NCBI GenBank assembly: GCA_964398815.1
Contig: CAYNNZ010000004.1
Coordinates: 8,074-72,073 of the forward strand
Length of the DNA: 64,000 nt
Direction: 5' to 3'
Origin: an uncultured Candidatus Saccharibacteria bacterium
GTDB taxonomy: Bacteria; Patescibacteriota; Minisyncoccia; Phycocordibacterales; Phycocordibacteraceae
Shown: positions 19,759 through 28,904 of the stretch, piece after piece
Layout: each line of letters opens with the position of its first letter
Numbering within the stretch: position 1 is the first letter of the stretch
The notes under the pieces: model-generated
Database searches by the model: none
What the model was told of the DNA's origin: nothing
The model's input: the letters and a program-made list of their open reading frames with translations, nothing else
Position numbers and translations under genes: made by a program

Positions 19759-19810
19759 ATATAGAGAATATGCCTGAATGCTTGAGGCGCGTCAAAGTTA
19801 TGTAAAAAGG

Positions 19811-19846
19811 AAAAGACCTACTGGCGCGGCTGCGTTTTCGGTCTTC
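19811..19846 (-). terminator. Rho-independent terminator downstream of the small gene at 19927..20111
   Basis: Minus-strand reading: AAGACC...GGTCTT hairpin followed by TTTTCCTTTTT. Confidence 0.45.
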
Positions 19847-19926
19847 TTGCTTGGTATGCCTTCTTTTCCAAGCGTGTGTGGGTCGTCCGGTGCCATTTAG
19901 TTCAGGCAGCACTCGGTCGCGTGGGC

Positions 19927-20111
19927 TCATCCGCAGTAACGCTGGAGGAGCAGGTCGGCCTCTTCGGCTCGACCGTGGTTTTCCAGATACAGCATGTGCC
20001 GCATCCAGTCTTCCTCGGTCTTGAGCGTCGGAATCGGACATACCCGGAACCCTTCGGTCCACGAGTAGATCACGAGCCTCCCCTTTACACGCTTAATCTT
20101 GCGATCAGCCA
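19927..20111 (-). CDS. Hypothetical small protein (61 aa from the only ATG)
   Basis: MADRKIKRVKGRLVIYSWTEGFRVCPIPTLKTEEDWMRHMLYLENHGRAEEADLLLQRYCG; followed by a terminator. The ORF-track start at 20169 is TTG. Confidence 0.35.
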
Positions 20112-20340
20112 TGGCGTTTGCTTCGTGTGTCTCAGGCGATGTGCCTAGGACAGTGCATACAAGCTCCAATGCTTGCTGCTAAGCGCCTGCGTACTTGCAG
20201 GCCTCCATGTGTGCCATTGCTTCTAACTGATCAAGAACTCGACCCGAGCGGACATTAACACATCATTTTGAGGTGTCAATGGAACGAATCTGGGCCCCGC
20301 CGAAGCGGGGCCCATGGGTCTGTTGCGCGGTGCAGGTCGG

Positions 20341-20898
20341 CTAAGCCGCCATGTCCTCCACGATTTCTTTGATGCGGTGCATCTGTTCACCCCGCATACT
20401 CGCAGGAAGGTCAGTGACCGGGTAGAACGTACCCGGACCCTCGAACTTTCCCGCCGTGAAGCAGATGTACGGCAGCGCCACCGACGGTGCGTCAGGCGAC
20501 GCTTCGCGACTCACATCAGCAGCGTTGCAGGCGCGAGCCGGCGTGACGCTGTCGAAGATGCCGAGGTCCGAAAGGAGCGCGTTAACCGCGTCCTTGGGCG
20601 TCTCATCCGCGAGGATGATGCGCTCCGGCAATTGCCAGACCGGCTGCTCGCCGACCGCCGCTGCGTTCAGCAGGAGGACATGCATGTTCGATTGGCCTCC
20701 CTGGAAGAGGACAACCTCGACGTGCACGGTCTTGATGCGCCGCATGATGGCCTTGCGGACAGCCGGCGACGCACGCGCAAGGTCGAAACGTTCGAGATAG
20801 AGCAGCAGATGCCGCTCGGTTTCAGGTGTGTAGAGCGGATCGCCCATCGAGTAGTCCTTGTGCAGAGATGAGAACGAAAAGAATCGGTTCTTCTGCAC
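20341..20898 (-). CDS. Hypothetical protein (185 aa; possible internal start MGDPLYT)
   Basis: ORF with protein-like composition. The antisense + ORF of equal length is Arg-rich. A strong GC hairpin (GGGCCCCGC-CGAA-GCGGGGCCC) lies just downstream at about 20293..20315. Confidence 0.5.
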   Translation of the reverse strand: MQKNRFFSFSSLHKDYSMGDPLYTPETERHLLLYLERFDLARASPAVRKAIMRRIKTVHVEVVLFQGGQSNMHVLLLNAAAVGEQPVWQLPERIILADETPKDAVNALLSDLGIFDSVTPARACNAADVSREASPDAPSVALPYICFTAGKFEGPGTFYPVTDLPASMRGEQMHRIKEIVEDMAA

Positions 20899-20931
20899 AA
20901 TCGCACGATTTCAGGCTTTGGTCAATTACGA

Positions 20932-21411
20932 CTAAAGTTTTTCGTATGCAGTTATCTGCCAGCCATCGAGTCCCTTCGAGAGGGTGAATTTCACCGGCAC
21001 GGTGCCAACGACTTCCTGTCCGTTTGCGCCATTGGCCATTTCTACTATGTTCGCAGTTGCCACATACGTGCCATTCTTCCCTTTCGTCACCTGGGTGACG
21101 TCGATGCGGTCCGGCCACGGACTCGATACCTGTCGTCCAGGCGCCTCAGACGGATTCGCCTTCCACTTATTCAGGAGGTCCGGATGCACATAGAGCGCGT
21201 AGTACTGGTCCATCGCAAACGCGACAATGTTAGGAGGAGCGATGAGCGGCACCTTCTGGAGTTGGTCGCCGAGACCCGCTACCGTGATGCGCACCTGCGC
21301 CGTATCGGAATTAGAGGATTGCGAGAACGTGTACGTGTAATACCCATAAGCCGCCCCCGTGGCGACTACTGCCGCGAGCGCGACAACTGCATAGCGTTTC
21401 CAAATAGTCAT
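20932..21411 (-). CDS. Hypothetical secreted/membrane-anchored protein (159 aa)
   Basis: N-terminal hydrophobic segment (AVVALAAVVATGAAYGYY) followed by a soluble domain. Confidence 0.5.
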   Translation of the reverse strand: MTIWKRYAVVALAAVVATGAAYGYYTYTFSQSSNSDTAQVRITVAGLGDQLQKVPLIAPPNIVAFAMDQYYALYVHPDLLNKWKANPSEAPGRQVSSPWPDRIDVTQVTKGKNGTYVATANIVEMANGANGQEVVGTVPVKFTLSKGLDGWQITAYEKL

Positions 21412-21434
21412 ATCGTTACAGTATACGACGTGTT

Positions 21435-22094
21435 TTATGAAGGACTCTTACAAAAAAGAGAGTTGCTTCCATTTACGCTACGGAGCGCCATCGTATTAGT
21501 TATTACATTGAGTGAGCATCCAAATTTAAACATGTTCCACTCGACTGACGGTAAAGAAACGAAGTCGCCATATTCCTCTTTGTTCAAGGAGAGAATTCTA
21601 TCATTTAGAACTAGCACTATCTGCTTTTCATCCTCATAGGCCACACATAACTGTTCGGTTTGGATTGGACTTGCGGATTTGATGGCAAAATTGTTCAAAT
21701 ATTCTATTTGCGCGGGTGTTCCAACAATGGCAAATGCTCGAGGCGCTCCACCTCCGAAAGCACCAGGAATGAATGGAAACAACAATAATGAGTACAGAAA
21801 AAGAAGTAACAGACTACATATGGTTGCGGCTTTTGGATGTGGCTTCTTAAGCAGTTTGCTCCACGTAGCTGCACAAGCCGTATAAACAATAGCGAAAGCA
21901 AGGCCACTATAAATAAACACTGGTTGGAAAAGATCCTTTGTAAGGAATCCAAGACTTTGTAGATAAATACTCCACACGACAAATCCAAGGGCAAAACTGA
22001 GGATGCCCACGCATGTCAACAGAGTAAATATCGACTCGAAAGTTGATTTACCCTGTCTTACAAATGCAAAGAAGCTTTGGAACGCGCTCATCAT
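21435..22094 (-). CDS. Hypothetical polytopic membrane protein encoded in a low-GC island
   Basis: 219-aa ORF with 5-6 TM helices. Local GC is about 42% against about 57% for the flanks. Confidence 0.5.
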   Translation of the reverse strand: MMSAFQSFFAFVRQGKSTFESIFTLLTCVGILSFALGFVVWSIYLQSLGFLTKDLFQPVFIYSGLAFAIVYTACAATWSKLLKKPHPKAATICSLLLLFLYSLLLFPFIPGAFGGGAPRAFAIVGTPAQIEYLNNFAIKSASPIQTEQLCVAYEDEKQIVLVLNDRILSLNKEEYGDFVSLPSVEWNMFKFGCSLNVITNTMALRSVNGSNSLFCKSPS

Positions 22095-22103
22095 ATTAAG
22101 TAC

Positions 22104-22125
22104 AAAACGCCCTTTCGGGCGTTTT
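22104..22125 (-). terminator. Rho-independent terminator after rpsI
   Basis: AAAACGCCC-TTTC-GGGCGTTTT, palindromic with a T-run on the minus strand. Confidence 0.6.
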
Positions 22126-22135
22126 GTAAAGTGCT

Positions 22136-22543
22136 CTAACGCTTCGACCAGGATGGTCGCTTGCGGGCCTTCAGGAGACCCGGCTTCTTGCGCTCCACAG
22201 CACGTGGGTCGCGCTTCAGGTAGCCTGCTGACTTGAGTGCGCCGCGGGCAGTTGGGCCCTCTGCATCTACTGAAAGAAGTGCGCGAGAGATGGCGTGGCG
22301 GACTGCCTCTGCCTGTGCGGACTTGCCGCCACCCTGTACTCGAGCCTCTACGGTGTAGTTCTGCTTGGTCTCGAGCGCCTTGAAGGCATCCATGGTGATG
22401 GAGTCGCGCTCTGCAGTCGCGAAGTACTCGCGAGCAGGCTTGCCGTTGACCGTGACGGTGTTCTTGTCCGCGGGCGTAAGCTTTACGCGTGCGCTTGCGG
22501 TCTTGCGGCGACCTACTGCAGTGGTGTATCGGATATCAGCCAT
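22136..22543 (-). CDS. rpsI: 30S ribosomal protein S9
   Basis: MADIRYTTAVGRRKTASARV...C-terminal GLLKARKRPSWSKR; canonical S9. Confidence 0.95.
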   Translation of the reverse strand: MADIRYTTAVGRRKTASARVKLTPADKNTVTVNGKPAREYFATAERDSITMDAFKALETKQNYTVEARVQGGGKSAQAEAVRHAISRALLSVDAEGPTARGALKSAGYLKRDPRAVERKKPGLLKARKRPSWSKR

Positions 22544-22551
22544 AGTAATTA

Positions 22552-22953
22552 TTATGCGACTACCGTGAGGCGCTTCATGCGTTCCTTGCGAAGCTTGTTG
22601 CGGGGAATCATGCCATCCACCGTCTTGCGGAAGACTTCCTCAATGCCCTTCTTCTCAATCATCATCTGCATGGAGGTGGTGATGAGACCGCCCGGGTAGC
22701 CGGTGTAGCGGACATAGTTCTTGTTTGCGATGCGCTTTTCGCCCATCTTCAGCTTGCTCACGTTCTCGACGCGGACCTCGATAGGAAGCACCTCGTTCTG
22801 GACGTAGGTAACGGACTTCTTGCCGAGCAAGATAGAAGCCGCTTCGCTTGCCACGCGGCCGAGCGACTTGTCTGCGGCGTCGATAGTGAAGAGCTTGCGG
22901 TCACCCGACTGCACGTATCCGCCCTTATTCGTCTTTTTTGGAGTTTCAGCCAT
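22552..22953 (-). CDS. rplM: 50S ribosomal protein L13
   Basis: L13 family sequence (…VTYVQNEVLPIEVRVENVS…RMKRLTV), 133 aa, immediately upstream of rpsI. Confidence 0.95.
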   Translation of the reverse strand: MAETPKKTNKGGYVQSGDRKLFTIDAADKSLGRVASEAASILLGKKSVTYVQNEVLPIEVRVENVSKLKMGEKRIANKNYVRYTGYPGGLITTSMQMMIEKKGIEEVFRKTVDGMIPRNKLRKERMKRLTVVA

Positions 22954-22959
22954 ACCGGT

Positions 22960-23313
22960 TTATACGAAGGAAATATACGCGTTGCGGCGTGCAGTAGTCG
23001 CATCCGGAGCTCGCTTGGTGATGCGGGTGTATCCGCCTGGGCGCTCTGCGTAGCGAGGAGCGATAGACGAGAAGAGCTTCTTCACAATCTCATCGTCGTT
23101 ACCGACGCGTGCTGCGACGAGGCGGCGAGCCGCTACCGTGTCCTTACGAGCTGCCGTGACAAGCTTCTCGATGATTGGGCGGAGTTCCTTGGCCTTTGCC
23201 TCGGTGGTGGAGATGCGCTCGTGAATCACGAGGGACTTCACAAGGCCACGGAAAAGAGCCTCGCGCTGGTCGTGCGAGCGATTGAAGCTTCGTCCTTTGT
23301 GGCTATGTCGCAT
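22960..23313 (-). CDS. rplQ: 50S ribosomal protein L17
   Basis: MRHSHKGRSFNRSHDQREALFRGLV...; canonical L17 N-terminus, 117 aa. Confidence 0.95.
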   Translation of the reverse strand: MRHSHKGRSFNRSHDQREALFRGLVKSLVIHERISTTEAKAKELRPIIEKLVTAARKDTVAARRLVAARVGNDDEIVKKLFSSIAPRYAERPGGYTRITKRAPDATTARRNAYISFV

Positions 23314-23366
23314 ATCTTTTGTGTCAGTACCCTATCACGAGTCGCTTATTTCCTCAATTTTCCAGC

Positions 23367-24323
23367 TTATTCGCCCTTCAAGACGTGACCGAGCTTGGCA
23401 AGAGCCTCCTCGATTTCCTCGATAGCCTTGTCTCCGACGCCATCAAGCTCCTTGAGGGCGCTTGCGGTCTTCTTGGAGAGGCCAGCGACGGTCTTAATGC
23501 CGCCCTCGGTAAGTGCCGATGCGATGCGTGCGGAAAGGCCGAGGTCGTCGATTTTCATCTTGGACGCATCCTTTGCAGCCGGCATGCCCATCATGTCGCT
23601 CGCGGAACCAGCAGACGAAGACGACTGCTCTGCCTCCTCCTGGAAGCCGACAATGGCCTTGAGCTGGTGAATCATAATCTCAATCGACTTCTCGAGCGCC
23701 TCACGTGAGGTGAGGGTGCCGTTGGTCTCGATGAGGATGCGCAGGCGGTTGAAGTCTGTGCGGTCTCCAACGCGCATGTTCTCTACTTCGTAGTTCACGC
23801 GGCGAATCGGGGTAAAGGTCGCATCAAGCGCAATCGTGCCGATGTCTACCTTCTCCTTCGTGAGTACCTCGCGCGGCACGTAGCCGAGACCGCGCTCGAT
23901 GGTTGCCTCGAGTTCGAGCGTAATCTTGCCGGACACATCGCAGATGTGCTGGTCCGGGTTCGTAATGGAAACCTGGCTCGGGAGGGTGAGGTCAGCTGCA
24001 GTAACCACCTTCGGACCCTTCACCGTGAGGCGGATAACCTGCGGCTCATCGCCCTGGAGGGCGAAGTGCACGCGCTTCAGGTTGAGGAGAATCTCCATGA
24101 CGGACTCATGGACGCCCTCGATGGTAGCGAACTCGTGCTGAATACCCTCGATTTTCACCGAAGTAATAGCCGCGCCAGAAAGCGAGGAAAGGATAATGCG
24201 GCGAAGCGAGTTGCCGAGGGTGTGGCCGTAGCCCGGATAGAGCGAATCTATCTCGTAAACGCCCTGAAGACCTTCTTCAGATACAACGCGAGGCTTGCTG
24301 GGTAGTGTGATGTGATATTCCAT
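23367..24323 (-). CDS. rpoA: DNA-directed RNA polymerase subunit alpha
   Basis: N-terminal dimerisation domain and C-terminal CTD (…LSARIASALTEGGIKTVAGL…); 318 aa, in the alpha-operon position. Confidence 0.95.
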   Translation of the reverse strand: MEYHITLPSKPRVVSEEGLQGVYEIDSLYPGYGHTLGNSLRRIILSSLSGAAITSVKIEGIQHEFATIEGVHESVMEILLNLKRVHFALQGDEPQVIRLTVKGPKVVTAADLTLPSQVSITNPDQHICDVSGKITLELEATIERGLGYVPREVLTKEKVDIGTIALDATFTPIRRVNYEVENMRVGDRTDFNRLRILIETNGTLTSREALEKSIEIMIHQLKAIVGFQEEAEQSSSSAGSASDMMGMPAAKDASKMKIDDLGLSARIASALTEGGIKTVAGLSKKTASALKELDGVGDKAIEEIEEALAKLGHVLKGE

Positions 24324-24369
24324 AACTCAATCGTCTTTATCGTTTAGTAAAAATTCGGCGCGTGAGGCT

Positions 24370-24407
24370 CCGTATGGAGGACACGATTGCTCGCATCCTC
24401 CATACGG
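24370..24407 (-). promoter_or_regulatory. Perfect 12-bp stem hairpin between rpsD and rpoA
   Basis: CCGTATGGAGGA-(14 nt)-TCCTCCATACGG. No adjacent U-tract, so a possible processing site or attenuator. Confidence 0.35.
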
Positions 24408-24420
24408 AACCCCAATGCGA

Positions 24421-25035
24421 CTAGCGGCTGTAGAACGAGAGCACCATCGGGTAGTCGCCAGCGACATCTGCCGACTCCGGAGTCGGGAGCTCAATCATGC
24501 CACCGGTCATCTCCTTCGGATTCCAGGTGAGCCACGACGGAAGCGGACGCTCCATGAACTTCTCGCTGAAGTTATCGAAGTATGCGCGGTTCTTAGAACC
24601 CTCGCGTACTGCGATGCGATCACCAATCTTGATTGCCTGAGAAGGAATCGTGGACTTCTTGCCGTTCACGGTGATGTGGCCGTGGGAGACCATCTGGCGA
24701 GCAGCACGGCGAGTAGGCGCGAGGCCGAGGCGGTAGACGATATTGTCGAGGCGCATCTCGAGCTGACGATGGAGGACTTCAGACGGATTCACACCGTGAG
24801 CACCCATGGCGTTCTCGACATAGCCGTAGAACTGCTTCTCAGAAAGACCGTAGGTAACGCGTACCTTCTGCTTTTCGAGGAGCTGCTTGCCGAACTCAGT
24901 CTGGTTGCTGCGGCGGCCGCTCTTCTTATTCATGGCAGCACGCTCCGCTGAGACAGCGAACTTCTGGCTCATCGTCTTCTCGAAGATGGTTGCTCCGAGG
25001 CGCTTGGCGAGTTTGTATTTAGGTCCGAGTTTCAT
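24421..25035 (-). CDS. rpsD: 30S ribosomal protein S4
   Basis: MKLGPKYKLAKRLG...S4 domain; 204 aa. Confidence 0.95.
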   Translation of the reverse strand: MKLGPKYKLAKRLGATIFEKTMSQKFAVSAERAAMNKKSGRRSNQTEFGKQLLEKQKVRVTYGLSEKQFYGYVENAMGAHGVNPSEVLHRQLEMRLDNIVYRLGLAPTRRAARQMVSHGHITVNGKKSTIPSQAIKIGDRIAVREGSKNRAYFDNFSEKFMERPLPSWLTWNPKEMTGGMIELPTPESADVAGDYPMVLSFYSR

Positions 25036-25043
25036 ACAGAAGA

Positions 25044-25478
25044 TTAGACGCGACGAGGCTTAGGGGCGCGCGGTCCGTTGTGCGGAACCGGGGTCGCGTC
25101 CTTGATAGCGCGGATAGCGATGCCCTTGCCTGCGAATGCGCGAAGTGCAGACTCGCGGCCGGCACCGACGCCGCGGATGATAACGGATGCCTCCTTTACG
25201 CCGATAGCGAGAGCGCGATCGCCGAGAAGCTCGCCGACCTTAGCGGCAGCATACGGAGTGGACTTGCGAGCGCCGGAGAAACCGAGTGCGCCTGCAGAGG
25301 ATGCCATGACAGCATTTCCCTTCTCGTCCGTGAGAACGGCCTTGGTGTTGTTGAACGTAGCCTCCACGTGGAGTACGCCGCGCTCGAGGCGCTTCTTGAC
25401 GGCCTTGCCGAGGGCACGCTCCTTGCGTCCCTGGTCCATGCCGCGCCCGCTCTTCTTGATGATTCGTTTCTTTCCCAT
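25044..25478 (-). CDS. rpsK: 30S ribosomal protein S11
   Basis: GVLHVEATFNNTKAVLTDEKGNAVMASSAG...; canonical S11. Confidence 0.95.
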   Translation of the reverse strand: MGKKRIIKKSGRGMDQGRKERALGKAVKKRLERGVLHVEATFNNTKAVLTDEKGNAVMASSAGALGFSGARKSTPYAAAKVGELLGDRALAIGVKEASVIIRGVGAGRESALRAFAGKGIAIRAIKDATPVPHNGPRAPKPRRV

Positions 25479-25501
25479 AGGTAGTTAAAAGCAGTGCAGA
25501 A

Positions 25502-25882
25502 TTATGTCTTCTCGAGTGTGCGGCGACCAGAGCCCATCGTCTTACGCGTGTTACCACGGACGGTGCGGGAATTGGTCTTGGTGCGCTGATTGCGGACCGG
25601 GAGGCGGCGCTCATGGCGCATGCCACGAAGCGAACGGATGTCCTTCAGGCGCTTGATGTTGTTACCGACTTCGCGCTTGAGCTCACCCTCGATGGTGTAT
25701 GCCTCTGCAAGCGTGCGGATTTTCTGCTCCTCGTCTGCCGTGAGGTCCTTGCCCTTGGTGGTCTCCTTCACCTTTGCTTCTGCGAGAATCTGCTTCGCGC
25801 GAGTAAAGCCGATGCCATAGATAAGAGGCAGCGCGAATACGAGCTGCTTGTCATCGGGAAGTGTTACTCCGGCGATACGCAT
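25502..25882 (-). CDS. rpsM: 30S ribosomal protein S13
   Basis: MRIAGVTLPDDKQLVFALPLIYGIG...; canonical S13. Confidence 0.95.
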   Translation of the reverse strand: MRIAGVTLPDDKQLVFALPLIYGIGFTRAKQILAEAKVKETTKGKDLTADEEQKIRTLAEAYTIEGELKREVGNNIKRLKDIRSLRGMRHERRLPVRNQRTKTNSRTVRGNTRKTMGSGRRTLEKT

Positions 25883-25918
25883 GTTGTACTTAAATAGTGT
25901 TAGGTGATGAGCACGTGA

Positions 25919-26035
25919 TTAGCCCTGACGCGCTTTGCGGCGCGGATTGCGCTTGTTGATGCGGTAGAGACGGCCGCGTCGGCGGACAATAATGTCGCCT
26001 GGCTGCTGCTTCTTGATTGATGCGCGGACTTTCAT
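25919..26035 (-). CDS. rpmJ: 50S ribosomal protein L36, cysteine-free (zinc-independent) variant
   Basis: Own translation: [38 protein letters not shown] (38 aa). Same length and termini as L36 (MKVRASVKK...RQG), but all four zinc-ligand positions are non-Cys/His. Located between infA and rpsM, as expected. Confidence 0.8.
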   Translation of the reverse strand: MKVRASIKKQQPGDIIVRRRGRLYRINKRNPRRKARQG

Positions 26036-26054
26036 TTAGGTAAATTGCTTACAC

Positions 26055-26270
26055 TTAGGATAGGCGTCGAACGATGCGAGCACGTCCGCCGTATGGATCG
26101 AGGACCAGTTCAACTGTGTCCCCTACCAATACACGGATGCGGTGCAAGCGCATTTTTCCGGCTAGGTAGCTGAGTATCAACTCCCCAGTCGGCATTCGAA
26201 CGCGAAACAACGAATTGGGAAGCACCTCTTCTACGGTGCCTGTTACCGCATCGTTTGCCTTATCCTCCAT
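26055..26270 (-). CDS. infA: Translation initiation factor IF-1
   Basis: S1-like fold sequence [57 protein letters not shown]; 71 aa. Confidence 0.9.
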   Translation of the reverse strand: MEDKANDAVTGTVEEVLPNSLFRVRMPTGELILSYLAGKMRLHRIRVLVGDTVELVLDPYGGRARIVRRLS

Positions 26271-26317
26271 GTGAAGCTTGTCTATAGTATATCACTGACT
26301 AAAAACCCGCAAGCAGG

Positions 26318-27634
26318 CTATTTCCCTGCCGGCTGGTCGGTCACGCTGACCTTGATTTTTGCTGGGTCCCCAGGGAAATGCTGGGCCCAGAACGGGCGCA
26401 GGACGAGGGTCGCCTTACCCACCTCTGGGAAGGATTCAAGGGCAATTTTGGCGGAATTACGGTCTTTCCCGGCGACTGCTGAGGAAATCTTCCCGGAATC
26501 CACTATCCAGACGATGGTCGTGGAGCCTGACAGATTAAAGGCAAATTCCGTCGCGTCTGGAGCGATGGTCGGCTGAACCGGCTTCACCGTAAGGCCCTCG
26601 ACCGACTTGAGCGTCACGGGCTGGCCACCATAGGTACCGACCGACTTGAATGCGATGTTACGCGCGAGCGCCTCTGCTGGGAATACGACTGCGATAACCT
26701 TGCCAGTCTCGGAGAGCGCCACAGTGCCTGACGCACCCGCAGCATCCGTGCCCGGGGTGAAGGTCGTGAATGACGAGCCCGGAAGCATGATGTAGCCCTC
26801 CGGCACCTTTGTCGCGAGCTCCTTTGCGAGTTCAGCGGAAAGCTTGCCCTGCATGTCGGCATACTGTTTGTCCTTGGTCGCCTGAGCGACTGACGGGCGC
26901 GTACCGGAGAATCCGCCAGTCATAGGGGCATCAGACTTGGCCGTCACCTGATCAAATGCTGCAGAACCCTTCAGGCCCGGCACTGTGAACGACGTAGGGC
27001 CAATATTGTACTTATCGCCTGCTTCGTCCGCATAGACGGTAGTGGTGATGCTGCCGCCGGCCGGAATGGAGACGGTGTCGCGCACACGGAATACCAGCCC
27101 GTCAGCCGTCTGGAAGCGGGTGTTCTTGATGAGGCCCTGAGCCTTCGTCTGGCGGTTCGTAATGGTTATCTTCCCGGATGCTGGGTCTGACGCAGTGACT
27201 GTGCTCTCAGCCGGGACGTTTGCGCTCGCAGTTTTCTCAACTGTAACGAGCTGGAACGGCAAATCGCCAGTGCCGAGCGTGGCCGTCAGGTCAGTTGCCA
27301 CGGTCGCCGAGTTCATAACTGGCGTGATAGTGACCTTTGCGCCCTGGAAGGCGTAGAGGACCACACCGCAGGCGACTATAACGAGGACCGCGATAAGGGC
27401 AGTGCCGATCGGGAATCCACGACCACCACCGAATGAGAAGCGCTTCCTTCTCGGCATCTTCGGCATCGGTGCAGCCGCCTGCATAGGCTCGAGTGGTGCA
27501 GACTCGCGCATCGGCGCGGGAGCAGCAGGACGCATGTCCATGGTGGGGCCGGACGGAGCCGCCGACTGAGCCGGTCCCATGTCCATAGCCTTGCGGCGTG
27601 AGGGCGGAATGATGTCGTTAAGGTCGCGATGCAT
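26318..27634 (-). CDS. Hypothetical single-pass membrane protein (Pro/Ala/Met-rich cytoplasmic N-terminus, one TM, large Thr/Ser/Gly-rich extracytoplasmic domain)
   Basis: 438-aa ORF with TM segment IGTALIAVLVIVACGVVLYAF around residue 85. No recognised catalytic motif. Confidence 0.6.
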   Translation of the reverse strand: MHRDLNDIIPPSRRKAMDMGPAQSAAPSGPTMDMRPAAPAPMRESAPLEPMQAAAPMPKMPRRKRFSFGGGRGFPIGTALIAVLVIVACGVVLYAFQGAKVTITPVMNSATVATDLTATLGTGDLPFQLVTVEKTASANVPAESTVTASDPASGKITITNRQTKAQGLIKNTRFQTADGLVFRVRDTVSIPAGGSITTTVYADEAGDKYNIGPTSFTVPGLKGSAAFDQVTAKSDAPMTGGFSGTRPSVAQATKDKQYADMQGKLSAELAKELATKVPEGYIMLPGSSFTTFTPGTDAAGASGTVALSETGKVIAVVFPAEALARNIAFKSVGTYGGQPVTLKSVEGLTVKPVQPTIAPDATEFAFNLSGSTTIVWIVDSGKISSAVAGKDRNSAKIALESFPEVGKATLVLRPFWAQHFPGDPAKIKVSVTDQPAGK

Positions 27635-27688
27635 AGATATTCAGCCAGCGAATAATGACGGAACTAATATGAAGACAGTATACCAGCC

Positions 27689-28825
27689 CTACGGATGAGA
27701 TTTGGCTGCAAGGGCGAGTATCGCCAGCGCGGAGTCTCCGGGGCTCGCACTGCCTTCCGCGAGGAAGGTCGCGAACTGACCCGGTAGAATTGGCAGGATT
27801 GAGAGCGCCTCATCAGAAAGCCAGAGGCTGCGGAGCTGCGGAGCGTCCACCAGATGCTTTAGGAAGTCCCTGACATTGTCCTCTGCCATGAGGAACACCG
27901 TGCGCGGGAGTGGTTCCTGCTTTGCGAGCGAGCCGAGCGATGAGCTCATTTCTGTGAGCCACGCGGTCTCCGTCGCATCCATATGCTCGGCAAAATTGCC
28001 GCCACGACTCATGTCGACTGCGGGACCTTCTGGACGCAGCGTAGGCACGGATGCAGACGACACACCCCCGCCGCGCGCTGCGCGCGTAATTTCTCCAACG
28101 CCATGCGGCATGCAGGTCGCGGAGATAAGGAGGCCATGCTTCACGAGAAGAACGTCCGTCGCTTCGTTTCCGACATCCATGATGAGGAAGTCTCTCTGAT
28201 GCGGATACAGATTGCGGAAGACGAGATATGCCTCAGGCATGAAGGCATTCCAGGAGATGTGGTGCTGATGCAGTGACTTCCGGACCGCTTTCTCGACGAT
28301 TTCGCGCGTGGCGTCCTCCACGCTCGACGAGAGCATGATGAGTTCAGCACGACTGGCCTTCTTCCCGAATGGATTCTGTACCTCGTATCCGTTCAGGAGG
28401 GTCGCAATAATCATCTCACTTACCTGCGTATAGCCTTCTACCCCCTTTGGAGCCTCCTTTTCCGTCTCGTGCAGCACTTCCTTGCTGAATATGAACGGCT
28501 TTTCCTTCTCTATGGTCTTGCTATAGACCACTGAATACTGCCAGGGCGCGGTGATAGTGACCAGAACGCGGTCAGTCTTAGCGTTTCCGGCAATTTTACG
28601 GAGTACGGGTGCGCCTTCGGTGACGAGTGTATGGAGTGTGCGCTCGAGCGTCCGCGGGAATGCTTCTGCAATGGGCTCAGTTGCATGTGGGTCTATAGGA
28701 GTGCGCGTGACGTACGCGAGCGTCGGTGCGCCGTCTTTCGGACACACCACGAAACCGGCGCCGATAGACGACGAACGAATATCGAGAACTGCGACAGTCT
28801 CGCTTCCCTTACCGAACAATGCCAT
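27689..28825 (-). CDS. Actin-fold (ASKHA) ATPase-like protein; PilM/FtsA/Ppx-GppA-like
   Basis: Start at ATG 28825 (MALFGKGSETVAVLDIRSSSIGAGFVV is a phosphate-1-like motif). Second motif FLIMDVGNEATDVLLV is DxGxxxTD-like. The canonical GGG adenosine motif is absent. Confidence 0.55.
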   Translation of the reverse strand: MALFGKGSETVAVLDIRSSSIGAGFVVCPKDGAPTLAYVTRTPIDPHATEPIAEAFPRTLERTLHTLVTEGAPVLRKIAGNAKTDRVLVTITAPWQYSVVYSKTIEKEKPFIFSKEVLHETEKEAPKGVEGYTQVSEMIIATLLNGYEVQNPFGKKASRAELIMLSSSVEDATREIVEKAVRKSLHQHHISWNAFMPEAYLVFRNLYPHQRDFLIMDVGNEATDVLLVKHGLLISATCMPHGVGEITRAARGGGVSSASVPTLRPEGPAVDMSRGGNFAEHMDATETAWLTEMSSSLGSLAKQEPLPRTVFLMAEDNVRDFLKHLVDAPQLRSLWLSDEALSILPILPGQFATFLAEGSASPGDSALAILALAAKSHP

Positions 28826-28904
28826 TACCTCTAGTATACCGTTTCGCTTTCTTATTTTGCAGGAATTGTGTACTCTCTGGGCTGGACTGCAACCAAGGGG
28901 AAGT

